Shown: positions 7,206 to 15,931 of the stretch, one piece after another
Layout of the letters: each line of letters opens with the position of its first letter
Numbering within the stretch: the first letter of the stretch is position 1
DNA from: a virus
Taxonomy: Duplodnaviria; Caudoviricetes
Virus record (IMG/VR): IMGVR_UViG_3300049740_002155
Length of the DNA stretch: 64,000 nt
Strand: one strand, 5' to 3'
Translations under genes and position numbers: made by a program
Notes under the pieces: model-generated
What the model saw: only the letters and a program-made list of their open reading frames with translations
Told to the model about the DNA's origin: nothing
Databases searched by the model: none

Positions 7206-8804
7206 TTACTTCTTGTAAAACACAAAGATAGGTTCGTATTTTTGCAACTCTCCGTTTATCTTGCAACAATTCTTAACCGTTTCTGCTTTAACACCACGCA
7301 TTGTTGTCATAAGCATTTTAAGAGTTTCAACATACTCAAGTCCGTATTCCGCAAGAATATCACGACTATCTTTTTCTAATGGCATAAATCCATCTCCGTC
7401 TGCGATGTCTGCGATATTCCAAAGCAAGTATCTATCGTTCTTTAAATACTCGGCAGCCGTCTTTAAAGTAGGACGAAGAAAGTTGTCTCTCCAATCTTCA
7501 TACTCTGGAAACTTTTTGAAACTCTGAGATTCATCTGCTGAATATTGTTCACGATTAAAATATGGTGGACTCGTAAAAACTAAATCAAGTTTGCCTTTGT
7601 ATTTTTGGAAACTTGGATTGTTGGAAATTTCTTCACTTCCGTTTTGATAAACATCATACGTGTTACGGTGACCAAAGAACGGATTGCCTCCGTTTGTTTT
7701 GTCATTAAAGAAGTCGGCAAGATATTCGTAACGACTTTGATTTAGTTCGTCTATATAATTATCTGTGTTTGGATCAGTTCCTATATAATGAATTTGACGG
7801 TCGTGTACTGACATAGCACCAAGAATACGTCCACCCCAACCTGCACTTGGATCATATATATGAAGATTGCTTTTATCTTGAATGTGATCTGTGTACGTCT
7901 GATAAATATACTTTGCAGTCAACGGAGGAAAGTTTACTGCTGGTTGACTAAGACCAAGTTTAAATGCTTCCATTGCTGACGGAAAGATTCTTGAGTTCTT
8001 GTTGTAGTAACGAATACTGAATTTGAATTGTACTTCTTTTTCGTCTTCGATAATTACATCATTTATATTTTCTATATCGTCACCGAAGTTTGCAGTTCTT
8101 TCTAAATTTCTAATGTTGTTTAATTTAAGCAAACCTTCTTTGTATAATTTCTTGATTTGCTTTGCCGTTAACATTAAACTGCTTGCTTCATATGAATCAA
8201 ACTTTTTTTCTGTAAATAATTCTATTATCCAAAAATCATTGTCTGGGTGAAGGTGTTTTTCTTTTACAAAGTTACGAATCCATTGCTCTCCGTTTTCCGT
8301 TGGACACGGAACATCAAAATCATTTTTCTTTATTGTTTTTCCGTGGGCATAAAAAGAATCTCTACGAACTGTTCTTCTCATACAAGTATGAAAACTTTCA
8401 CGTTTAGCAGGATTGGCAAAGCAATCATAAACACTCCAAGATGTATGCTTACTTGAACCTATTTTAGTTTTAAGCATCGTTGGAAAGAACTGATCAACCA
8501 CAGTTGCAAACTTATTAAAGTTTTTGATGATAGTTTTTGTTCCATCCATTTCATCTGTATGTTGAAATTTGTAAACATCATAACCAGGCAACTTGTTAAA
8601 GTTTGCTATAATGTCTTTTTCGTTTTTACCTGTTCTTGGCGGAAGACCTTCATTGTCCCATGTTTCTACTATATAATTTCTAAGTTCATCAATCCACATT
8701 TCCAACTCTGCACCATTCTTTTGTAGCAGTTCGTGGAATGTTATATTTACTTTACATTCTGCTAAATTGTTTTTTTCGTAGAAATATTTTTTCATATTAT
8801 GCAC
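7206..8804 (-). CDS. SAM-dependent DNA amino-methyltransferase-like protein (N4-C/N6-A type)
   Basis: IYDPSAGWGGRILGA (motif I) followed by DLVFTSPPYFNREQYS (motif IV), with a long N-terminal extension. Confidence 0.85.
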   Translation of the reverse strand: MHNMKKYFYEKNNLAECKVNITFHELLQKNGAELEMWIDELRNYIVETWDNEGLPPRTGKNEKDIIANFNKLPGYDVYKFQHTDEMDGTKTIIKNFNKFATVVDQFFPTMLKTKIGSSKHTSWSVYDCFANPAKRESFHTCMRRTVRRDSFYAHGKTIKKNDFDVPCPTENGEQWIRNFVKEKHLHPDNDFWIIELFTEKKFDSYEASSLMLTAKQIKKLYKEGLLKLNNIRNLERTANFGDDIENINDVIIEDEKEVQFKFSIRYYNKNSRIFPSAMEAFKLGLSQPAVNFPPLTAKYIYQTYTDHIQDKSNLHIYDPSAGWGGRILGAMSVHDRQIHYIGTDPNTDNYIDELNQSRYEYLADFFNDKTNGGNPFFGHRNTYDVYQNGSEEISNNPSFQKYKGKLDLVFTSPPYFNREQYSADESQSFKKFPEYEDWRDNFLRPTLKTAAEYLKNDRYLLWNIADIADGDGFMPLEKDSRDILAEYGLEYVETLKMLMTTMRGVKAETVKNCCKINGELQKYEPIFVFYKK

Positions 8805-9624
8805 CTACATTCCAAAATAAAGCACCTTCTTTTGCATATTCTTTTACAAACTTCCATGCTTTAGCATCATATGTTGGAGCAGATGGAAATGGTGGCATTT
8901 CATTTTCTTTTATTGCTTTATCAAACTGATATTCTGATCTGTAATATTTTGCTCGTCCTATTTCTCTTTCATTCATTTTATGTCCAACAGATACTACATT
9001 AACAGGTATCTCAGGAAAAGCAAGTTGTAAACCACGACTAATCGTTCCACTTGACCCAACACTCCAAATTTCACTTGGTGGATTTTCGGATAAAGCATTT
9101 CTTGCAACTTTAATAATACTTGCTACAACCGTTGGGTGTTCTAATCCGATTGGAAATTCCATTCTATTTTCTGGATCGTCTGCTACATATTTTTTTGCTC
9201 TTGATTTAGTAACTGATAACATTCCCATATTTACCCACTCGTATATAGCACCCAAGTCCATTCCTCTTTTTTGATATTCATGATAGTTTTCTGGATTGCG
9301 TTTTGCCATAAACAATACAACTTTTTTGTTGTATTTCTGTGCAACTGCCGGTAAAGATATTTGTGCGTAACCCGTTGCAGGACAACATCCAAATACAATT
9401 TCTTTTGCGGAAGTTTCACGAATGAGTTTATCTACGAAACGAATTTTACTTCCGTGGTTTAGTAGATCATCTCTAACCACATCAATTCCTTCGTAGTTCA
9501 TAATAATCGGTTTTGGATTTGGGTCTTCCCAATCTTTAACCAAATCTAACAATTGATCTTCACTCCACATATTACCTGTGTTGTCTTCGTATACTGATTC
9601 TATAAATTTTGATAACATTACCAT
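8797..9624 (-). CDS. fold-type II PLP-dependent enzyme (TrpB/ACC-deaminase/D-cysteine desulfhydrase-like)
   Basis: VVRDDLLNHGSKIR with Schiff-base Lys, GYAQISL, Gly-rich phosphate loop VGSSGT, PTYDAKAW. Confidence 0.8.
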   Translation of the reverse strand: MVMLSKFIESVYEDNTGNMWSEDQLLDLVKDWEDPNPKPIIMNYEGIDVVRDDLLNHGSKIRFVDKLIRETSAKEIVFGCCPATGYAQISLPAVAQKYNKKVVLFMAKRNPENYHEYQKRGMDLGAIYEWVNMGMLSVTKSRAKKYVADDPENRMEFPIGLEHPTVVASIIKVARNALSENPPSEIWSVGSSGTISRGLQLAFPEIPVNVVSVGHKMNEREIGRAKYYRSEYQFDKAIKENEMPPFPSAPTYDAKAWKFVKEYAKEGALFWNVGA

Positions 9625-10088
9625 GATTTTGTATTTACTTTAATTGCTCGTTCTTCTGATAACTCATATCCCATGAGTTCTGCTAAAATTCTTGTTCGTT
9701 TTGATGGTCCGGGTACTCCGAATGTATTCACCATGAAATAGCATTTTTTTGCTTTTGTATAATCCACATCTTCAAAGTTGGGAAATTGATCAACTGCCAA
9801 ATCAACAACAGAATAATCTGGCCACATAATAAACCTATGCAATCCATCGTCTCCAGGTATGCCAGGTAACTTATATGGTTTAGAACCACGTGGTGATAAA
9901 TAATAATAAACAAATTCTGCAATTACATAACAATAGTTTTTAGTTGGATTGTCGTGTGTCCACCCTTCTTTCATTAACTTTGTTTTTAGATGCTTTTTTC
10001 CCATAACACGAAGTGCATCATGTAAAGTTTGTTTATTGACACCTGCTAACTCATACATAGCTTGCAGTCGTTCTTCTGAGATTTTCAT
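9618..10088 (-). CDS. hypothetical protein with putative papain/transglutaminase-like Cys-His-Asp triad
   Basis: NYCYVIAEFVYYYL...LHRFIM...VVDLAVDQF spacing. Confidence 0.55.
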   Translation of the reverse strand: MKISEERLQAMYELAGVNKQTLHDALRVMGKKHLKTKLMKEGWTHDNPTKNYCYVIAEFVYYYLSPRGSKPYKLPGIPGDDGLHRFIMWPDYSVVDLAVDQFPNFEDVDYTKAKKCYFMVNTFGVPGPSKRTRILAELMGYELSEERAIKVNTKSW

Positions 10089-11371
10089 TCAATATAATCG
10101 TCGGCATCTTTGGTGGGTGGATACAATGTACTACTTTCAACCAACCAGTCTCTAAAGTTTTGATTTGCTTTTAAATCAACAACCAGATGATAACGATCCT
10201 GTGATCCACCGTTAAATGCAGTATGTGGTTTCCTCATATCAAGATACCACAATTCTCCTTCTTTCATTTTATCAACCGTTTTTGTTCCGTCTGTGTTCCA
10301 AAGTGTGAATTGTACTTTTGGATTTGTTTGAATTGGGAAGTGAACTCTTGCCCATTGATTATCTGAAATACCTGCTTCTTTGTCTTGACGGTCTGTGTGA
10401 CGTTGTAACTCTCCTTCGCCACCCGCAAGTTTAAGAATTCTGATTCTTTCAAATTCATAAGGAAGAAGTTTTAAATATTCTTCTACTGCTGGTAGTTTTG
10501 CACGAAGTGGAGTATCTTCTACTTTCCATTTTAATTTTTCTGGATTATTCTTTTTCCACTTGTTGTTCATTTCACTTGGTTTGATAATGAAATCCCACTC
10601 ACCTCCATAACCAGATACTGTTACTCCTGACCATGAATCACTTTTATTGTAATTTGAATAATGATTAGAAAACTCGGAACTTACTTTATTTAATTGTTCC
10701 ATGATTTTTTTAGGATTAGGAACACCTGGCATTGCTAATCTTTGTAAGGCAATTTCTTGTGCAGGGTCTATTTGTGAGTGTTCACCACCTTTAAACCAAA
10801 ATCCATACATATCTGCGAAACTGCTTATAAGATTATCTTTTCTTGTATAACCAATAGATGCAAGAAGTTCACGAATTCTTTTGAGTTGCATATCACATTC
10901 AATGACTGTAACTCCTTCTTCAAAGAAGTTTCCTTTTGCTTCGTGCTTTTCAATTAGTTTACCTAACCATTCTTCGTAACCAGGATAACAAGCAACTTCT
11001 TGAATATAAGCATCATTTGAACTTAAAGTAATTTCACGACCTGTAAAACTTACTATCTTCTTTTTCTTGGAGTGCATTTTTGGAATATCAAAATATAAAA
11101 TACACGCACGAATAATTCCATTTTCATCTTCCACCCAATCAACTTTTTCATATGTATCTTCTTTATGACCAAGAAGTTTCTGATTCGTCATATTGTTTAT
11201 TTTTCTAAACGGATCACGTAATCTAGGTGAATCTTTATACGAGTCTTCTGGATGTTGTGTTTCCCAAAAGCAATTTAATAAGTTGTCGTAAATTGGACTA
11301 TCCTCATAGACCCACTTCTTTCCGTTGTGAAACGGCTTAGGATATTCAAGTTCAACATTTCTAAAATTCAT
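10085..11371 (-). CDS. two-domain protein: N-terminal unknown (possibly GNAT-like) domain + Asp/Asn beta-hydroxylase-like 2OG-Fe(II) dioxygenase
   Basis: C-terminal RIRILKL...RHTD (HxD)...RVHFPIQTN...MKEGELWYLDMRKPH (distal His)...DRYHLVVD (2OG-binding Arg). The GNAT call is tentative. Confidence 0.8.
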   Translation of the reverse strand: MNFRNVELEYPKPFHNGKKWVYEDSPIYDNLLNCFWETQHPEDSYKDSPRLRDPFRKINNMTNQKLLGHKEDTYEKVDWVEDENGIIRACILYFDIPKMHSKKKKIVSFTGREITLSSNDAYIQEVACYPGYEEWLGKLIEKHEAKGNFFEEGVTVIECDMQLKRIRELLASIGYTRKDNLISSFADMYGFWFKGGEHSQIDPAQEIALQRLAMPGVPNPKKIMEQLNKVSSEFSNHYSNYNKSDSWSGVTVSGYGGEWDFIIKPSEMNNKWKKNNPEKLKWKVEDTPLRAKLPAVEEYLKLLPYEFERIRILKLAGGEGELQRHTDRQDKEAGISDNQWARVHFPIQTNPKVQFTLWNTDGTKTVDKMKEGELWYLDMRKPHTAFNGGSQDRYHLVVDLKANQNFRDWLVESSTLYPPTKDADDYIE

Positions 11372-11392
11372 CTATATATTATATAAACAAAT

Positions 11393-12298
11393 TTATTTGG
11401 CGTCAACTATTTTTTTGATATAATCTTCTAGTTTAATTTTTGCGTTCCAACCAAGATGTTGGTAGGTTAGAGATGGAATTGCTTTTCCGTAGAATCTTTC
11501 ACCACGTCTTTCTGGAATCATAATATGTTTATGATTAAACATTTTTGCTACATCAATTATTTTATGTGGAATTCCTGTGCCAAGTGGGTATTCTCCTTGT
11601 TGTCCTTTTGTGGCTGCCAATACAACCCCATTTACAATATCGTCTATATGTGTAAAATCTCTTGACTGATTACCCGGTTCTACGACAGTGAGTGGTTCTC
11701 CTTTGGAATATTGTTCTTCAAATATACCAATAACGGTTGCGTAATCACCCGTTCTTACTTGTCCTGGACCATAAGCATTATAGAAATAAGTGATTTCAAA
11801 TTTAAGATTAAACCATTCTGCATAATTGTTGATTAGTTCAACCATTTTTGCTTTCATCCACGCATACGGAGAAAGATTTTCGTCTTTACCATCATTACCA
11901 AATTTACTTGAACTTGCTGAATAAACTAACTTTGCTTTTTTTGCGACACAATAATCAAGAACCATTTTAGTTCCTTGCATATTATAGTCCCAACAATTAT
12001 CAAACGAATCAAAACTTGTTACGATTCTTGAAAACTCACCAAAGTGGAAAACAACATCTGGTTCGAAGGCATCTGCAATATCCATCTTGGTATTGGTTAC
12101 GTCAAATTTTTTCGGAATTAAAGTTTGAGTATCTTTATTAAGATAAGTTACTTTTTTACTTTTAATATGATTGCTTTCAAATCCACTACTATAATTGTCA
12201 ATGCTTATAATCTGAATGTTCTTATATTTTCGTATAAGTTTGCGTATAAGTGCAGTACCAACAAAACCTGCACCACCTGTTATCAAGACTTTATTCAT
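11393..12298 (-). CDS. NAD-dependent epimerase/dehydratase (extended SDR)
   Basis: ITGGAGFVG, ASSS, SPYAWMK (YxxxK), FYNAYGPGQ, RDFTHIDD. Confidence 0.92.
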   Translation of the reverse strand: MNKVLITGGAGFVGTALIRKLIRKYKNIQIISIDNYSSGFESNHIKSKKVTYLNKDTQTLIPKKFDVTNTKMDIADAFEPDVVFHFGEFSRIVTSFDSFDNCWDYNMQGTKMVLDYCVAKKAKLVYSASSSKFGNDGKDENLSPYAWMKAKMVELINNYAEWFNLKFEITYFYNAYGPGQVRTGDYATVIGIFEEQYSKGEPLTVVEPGNQSRDFTHIDDIVNGVVLAATKGQQGEYPLGTGIPHKIIDVAKMFNHKHIMIPERRGERFYGKAIPSLTYQHLGWNAKIKLEDYIKKIVDAK

Positions 12299-12321
12299 AT
12301 AAATAAATAAATAGATTGAAA

Positions 12322-12729
12322 CTACTTCTTTTCTTTTAATCCAGTTAAATCACTTGAACTGCGTATTTTGTCACCGAGACCATCAACCATTTCAATGTTA
12401 TGTTTTTTACAAACAACACTTTCAGGGACTTCTCCGGTGCTTCTGTCTCCACCATTTGCAAAAATGTCTGGTTTGATTGCATCGAGAGAAGCACACACAC
12501 TTTTGTCTTCATCAATGCTGAGAAATGCTTCATCAACAATTCCAAGTGCTTCTACGATTTTTACTCGGTCTACTTCGTCCATAAATGGTTTGCCCTTTTT
12601 AAGAACACATTGATGATTGTTGTTTACGATAACAACAAGACGATCACCAAGTTTCTTTGCTAATTCAAGATATTCCAAATGCCCCACGTGAATTGGGTCA
12701 AAGTATCCACTAACTGCTACTGTTTTCAT
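12322..12729 (-). CDS. cytidylyltransferase/nucleotidyltransferase (TagD/RfaE-II-like)
   Basis: SGYFDPIHVGH (HxGH), KGKPFM, FANGGDR, DKIRSSS; start moved to ATG 12729. Confidence 0.9.
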   Translation of the reverse strand: MKTVAVSGYFDPIHVGHLEYLELAKKLGDRLVVIVNNNHQCVLKKGKPFMDEVDRVKIVEALGIVDEAFLSIDEDKSVCASLDAIKPDIFANGGDRSTGEVPESVVCKKHNIEMVDGLGDKIRSSSDLTGLKEKK

Positions 12730-12733
12730 TATG

Positions 12734-13105
12734 TTACTCCGATTCGTGTTTTTCTGGACGATCATAATCGTCTTGGACTCTTACAATGTCATCTTCACCA
12801 AAATAAGTTCCTGTTTGAACCTCCACCAAAATCATATCTTCTGAATCACTTGGGTTTGCCATACGATGTTTTGCTCCGAGTGGAATCAATACGGTTTCAC
12901 CTGGTTTGTAATCTTCCGTGACATCATCTAAGGTTATTCTTGCCACACCACTAACAATTGTCCATGCTTCTTGTCGTTTGTGATGATACTGATAACTTAG
13001 TCTTTGTCCTGGTTTTACAAAGATGCGTTTAACTTTGCAATATTCTGCGTCTAAAAGGATTTCGTAATTTCCCCACGGTCTTATACTTTCGTCTTGTTTG
13101 CTCAT
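12734..13105 (-). CDS. mannose-6-phosphate isomerase, type II cupin domain
   Basis: RPWGNY...KVKRIFVKPGQRLSYQYHHKRQEAW...HRMANP...EVQTGTYFGEDDIVRVQDDY. Confidence 0.92.
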   Translation of the reverse strand: MSKQDESIRPWGNYEILLDAEYCKVKRIFVKPGQRLSYQYHHKRQEAWTIVSGVARITLDDVTEDYKPGETVLIPLGAKHRMANPSDSEDMILVEVQTGTYFGEDDIVRVQDDYDRPEKHESE

Positions 13106-13109
13106 AATT

Positions 13110-13247
13110 TTATCCCCATCTGTCTGCTAAATCTTGTTCTGATATTTTATGTTTTTTTGGTTGTATGTATTTTATTGATTTGTTCAATATGATTATACTA
13201 TGTTTTTTTGTTTTAATAAATACTTTTTTTAGATTATCCATTTCCAT
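13110..13247 (-). CDS. small hypothetical protein (45 aa)
   Basis: MEMDNLKK...DLADRWG fills the gap and overlaps the upstream stop; real start probably ATG 13247. Confidence 0.45.
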   Translation of the reverse strand: MEMDNLKKVFIKTKKHSIIILNKSIKYIQPKKHKISEQDLADRWG

Positions 13248-14190
13248 ATATATCTTCAAACTTATCAATAAATTTTTTAAGTTCTGTTTTTGGTAATTCA
13301 TTTATACCGGCTGCTTTTTCACGACCACCACCTGTTGGGAAACTTAAAGCAAGTTTACTCGCACCTACTGGATTGTCTTTTGGGGAACGAATGCTAATAC
13401 GATAATCATCTTCATTGATATTTGTTAAAATTGCAAATGCTTTGCTTGGATTGTCTGTGGTCTGCTTGTTACTATATATACCCGAGTATCTGACGGATGC
13501 TTTTGTGTCTGGGAGTAAAATTATGCTTCCGGTGTCCGATGAGTATAATACTTCTGAGGAATTTAGTTCCTGCTCATCCAACTTCATCTGTGAGTTTATT
13601 TTGTTATATAGTTCAGATTTTTTTCTATATTCAAACGGAGATTCATAATCCTTTATGTCAAGATATACATCTTTAGGGTGAGCAGTTAAGTCTGACTCTT
13701 GATTTCCATACCCATTGTAATTCAATGTTTCTCCAATTTCTTTTAAATAACTCATGTATACTTCATTAAAACATGGATTTAGTTTTTCTGCTTGTTCGTG
13801 TAAGTTATCTCCGTATGCTCCACATATTGTCCAAGGACGATGTAACCCATCAATATATTTGTCCACCAAAATGTTGGTACAACAATTTGGGTTTGTATCT
13901 ACAAATATTTCAAAGTTGTCTCCGAGTTTAGTTTCACCGGGTTCGTGATGATCAAACCAACGAATTGTATTTCCGTTACTTAAAATTTTATTAACATGAT
14001 CTTTGTTTGATAATAACGATACATCAAATACGGTAAACTTTGATTTTTTTATGTCGGTGCAATGTCTCAGCAACTCAACATCTCGTTTGACTCCGGTAAA
14101 TACTTCCGAGTTTTGTGGATAGTGCATTCTATACTGATGTAGACTTATTATTCCGTCTGCATCTCCGTTGAAAAAATCAAAGTATTTCAT
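13234..14190 (-). CDS. DHH-family phosphoesterase
   Basis: FNGDADG, FDVS, WFDHH, DHHA1-like GGGREKAAG; this subtype resembles those of polysaccharide biosynthesis loci. Confidence 0.85.
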   Translation of the reverse strand: MKYFDFFNGDADGIISLHQYRMHYPQNSEVFTGVKRDVELLRHCTDIKKSKFTVFDVSLLSNKDHVNKILSNGNTIRWFDHHEPGETKLGDNFEIFVDTNPNCCTNILVDKYIDGLHRPWTICGAYGDNLHEQAEKLNPCFNEVYMSYLKEIGETLNYNGYGNQESDLTAHPKDVYLDIKDYESPFEYRKKSELYNKINSQMKLDEQELNSSEVLYSSDTGSIILLPDTKASVRYSGIYSNKQTTDNPSKAFAILTNINEDDYRISIRSPKDNPVGASKLALSFPTGGGREKAAGINELPKTELKKFIDKFEDIYGNG

Positions 14191-15065
14191 TTCTTTGTTT
14201 TCTTTTCTAACCCAACATCCGCAGAAACTGCACGTCCTTTATCTGCCATCCAATCTTTTTCTGGACGATCAAGTTCTTCGTTTCTTTTTATTACCGCATC
14301 AAGTATAGGAGTTGGTATTGAATTATCTTCTGCAAATTTTGCCAAAGCATTTGTGTCTTTTGGAAAGCAGGTTCCTCCAAATCCACGATGACCATCGTGA
14401 CCAGGAACTTTAGTATGACCAGTTCCGATTCTTTTATCTTGTGTTGCAATGCAACGCACGTTTTCATAATCAATGTCAAGTTCTGAGCATATTGATTCAA
14501 GTTCGTTAAAGAAACCAACCTTTACACTTAGAAATACATTTTTTAAATACTTTATCATTTCCGCTTCACTCGGTTTGCACTGAATTACATCTTTGTTTAC
14601 TACCGAACCACTTCCGTTATTATATGCAAGTTCAAACATACGTTTCATTTTTTCATATAAAAAAACATCCGTTGAACCAAGTATCCATTGGTCGCAATTT
14701 TTAAAATCTTCTTTCCAGTTTTTTTCAGTAAGAAATTCGGGCATAAATGCAACATCAAGTTCCTCACTTGTTCCAGGTGGAATAGTAGAACGAAGTACAA
14801 TATATTTTGAGTCATCAATTTCTTGAATTTCTTCGCAAACAGAACGCACAATGTCAAGATTTGCACTTCCGTCTGAATTCATTGGAGTAGGAACTGCAAC
14901 GAAAATAATTTCGGACTCCTCCACAAATGTTTCTATATCCAATGTTTTTGGATCTCTCTTTTCGGGAACCAAATCCCATACTAATACTTCTACGTGTGGT
15001 CTAAGCAATGTCATCGCATGACCCACGAAACCATTTCCAACAACTCCAATCTTCATATAACGCAT
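14187..15065 (-). CDS. ugd: UDP-glucose/GDP-mannose 6-dehydrogenase family, short form
   Basis: IGVVGNGFVG, FVAVPTP, LRSTIPPGT, PEFL, IKYLKNVFLSVKV, GFGGTCFPKD catalytic Cys; C-terminal UDP-binding domain absent. Confidence 0.9.
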   Translation of the reverse strand: MRYMKIGVVGNGFVGHAMTLLRPHVEVLVWDLVPEKRDPKTLDIETFVEESEIIFVAVPTPMNSDGSANLDIVRSVCEEIQEIDDSKYIVLRSTIPPGTSEELDVAFMPEFLTEKNWKEDFKNCDQWILGSTDVFLYEKMKRMFELAYNNGSGSVVNKDVIQCKPSEAEMIKYLKNVFLSVKVGFFNELESICSELDIDYENVRCIATQDKRIGTGHTKVPGHDGHRGFGGTCFPKDTNALAKFAEDNSIPTPILDAVIKRNEELDRPEKDWMADKGRAVSADVGLEKKTKK

Positions 15066-15121
15066 TCTCCGTTTTTTAAGTGCGATATAACCTTTTATTA
15101 TAAATATAAAAAAAGATATTA

Positions 15122-15931
15122 TTACTTAAATTTTCTTTTAATTCTATCGATTGCGTTTTTGTCGGAAACATTTGTGGAATTACCTAATGATGAACCAAAT
15201 ATTTTTAAAATTTCGTTTTTACTAAATTTCTTTTCGTCATCTGCTGAACGGATTTTTTCTTTTGCATCATGAACTCCTTTAATTATATTTGATGTCATTT
15301 GACTGCTTGTAATTCCTAACCAAGTAATAAGTCCTGGTATTTTACTTACGATCCAACCAATAAGTTGTGTAATTATCGGAAGAAGTGCAGGTCCTGCGAT
15401 TACTAAAACTGCAATTGCACCGACAATTCCAAACGTTGCAGTTAACCATCCCCAGAAAGAATCAAAGAATCCTTCTTTTTGTTCTTTTGCTTTTAATTCT
15501 CCTAAACTAATTAGTTTTTCTTCTGTATCCTTTAGGTCATGACCAAGCATTTGTTTTCTTCGTGCAAGTTTTATTACATCTTCTTCTCGGTCTGTCAAAT
15601 TTTTTACTGCTATTTCGTTTTCATTTACAACATCTTCAATGTGAATTTTATCTCCTGGTTGTGGAAGACCTACAATTTCCTGTGCCTTTCGTGTAAGATT
15701 AAGTGCAACTAAGTCTTCTTTTGATTTGTTTTCTGACAAAGAAAGTGCGTCAACTGCACCTGATATATATGCACTTGTGTGACGATCAAGTTCTGATTCT
15801 TTTCTTGATATTTCCCCTGCAATTTCTTGTCTATCTTGTTTAAGTCCCCAATTTGAAATCGTAAGGCATCCACTTGTAGAAAATGATAATATTAAAACAG
15901 AGAATACAACAACAATTTTTTTATAATCCAT
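15122..15931 (-). CDS. predicted lipoprotein with coiled-coil and internal/C-terminal TM segment (spanin-like topology)
   Basis: From ATG 15931: MDYKK-IVVVFSVLILSFSTSG-C signal peptide, helical region, hydrophobic FWGWLTATFGIVGAIAVLVIAGPALLPIITQLIGWIV. Confidence 0.6.
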   Translation of the reverse strand: MDYKKIVVVFSVLILSFSTSGCLTISNWGLKQDRQEIAGEISRKESELDRHTSAYISGAVDALSLSENKSKEDLVALNLTRKAQEIVGLPQPGDKIHIEDVVNENEIAVKNLTDREEDVIKLARRKQMLGHDLKDTEEKLISLGELKAKEQKEGFFDSFWGWLTATFGIVGAIAVLVIAGPALLPIITQLIGWIVSKIPGLITWLGITSSQMTSNIIKGVHDAKEKIRSADDEKKFSKNEILKIFGSSLGNSTNVSDKNAIDRIKRKFK

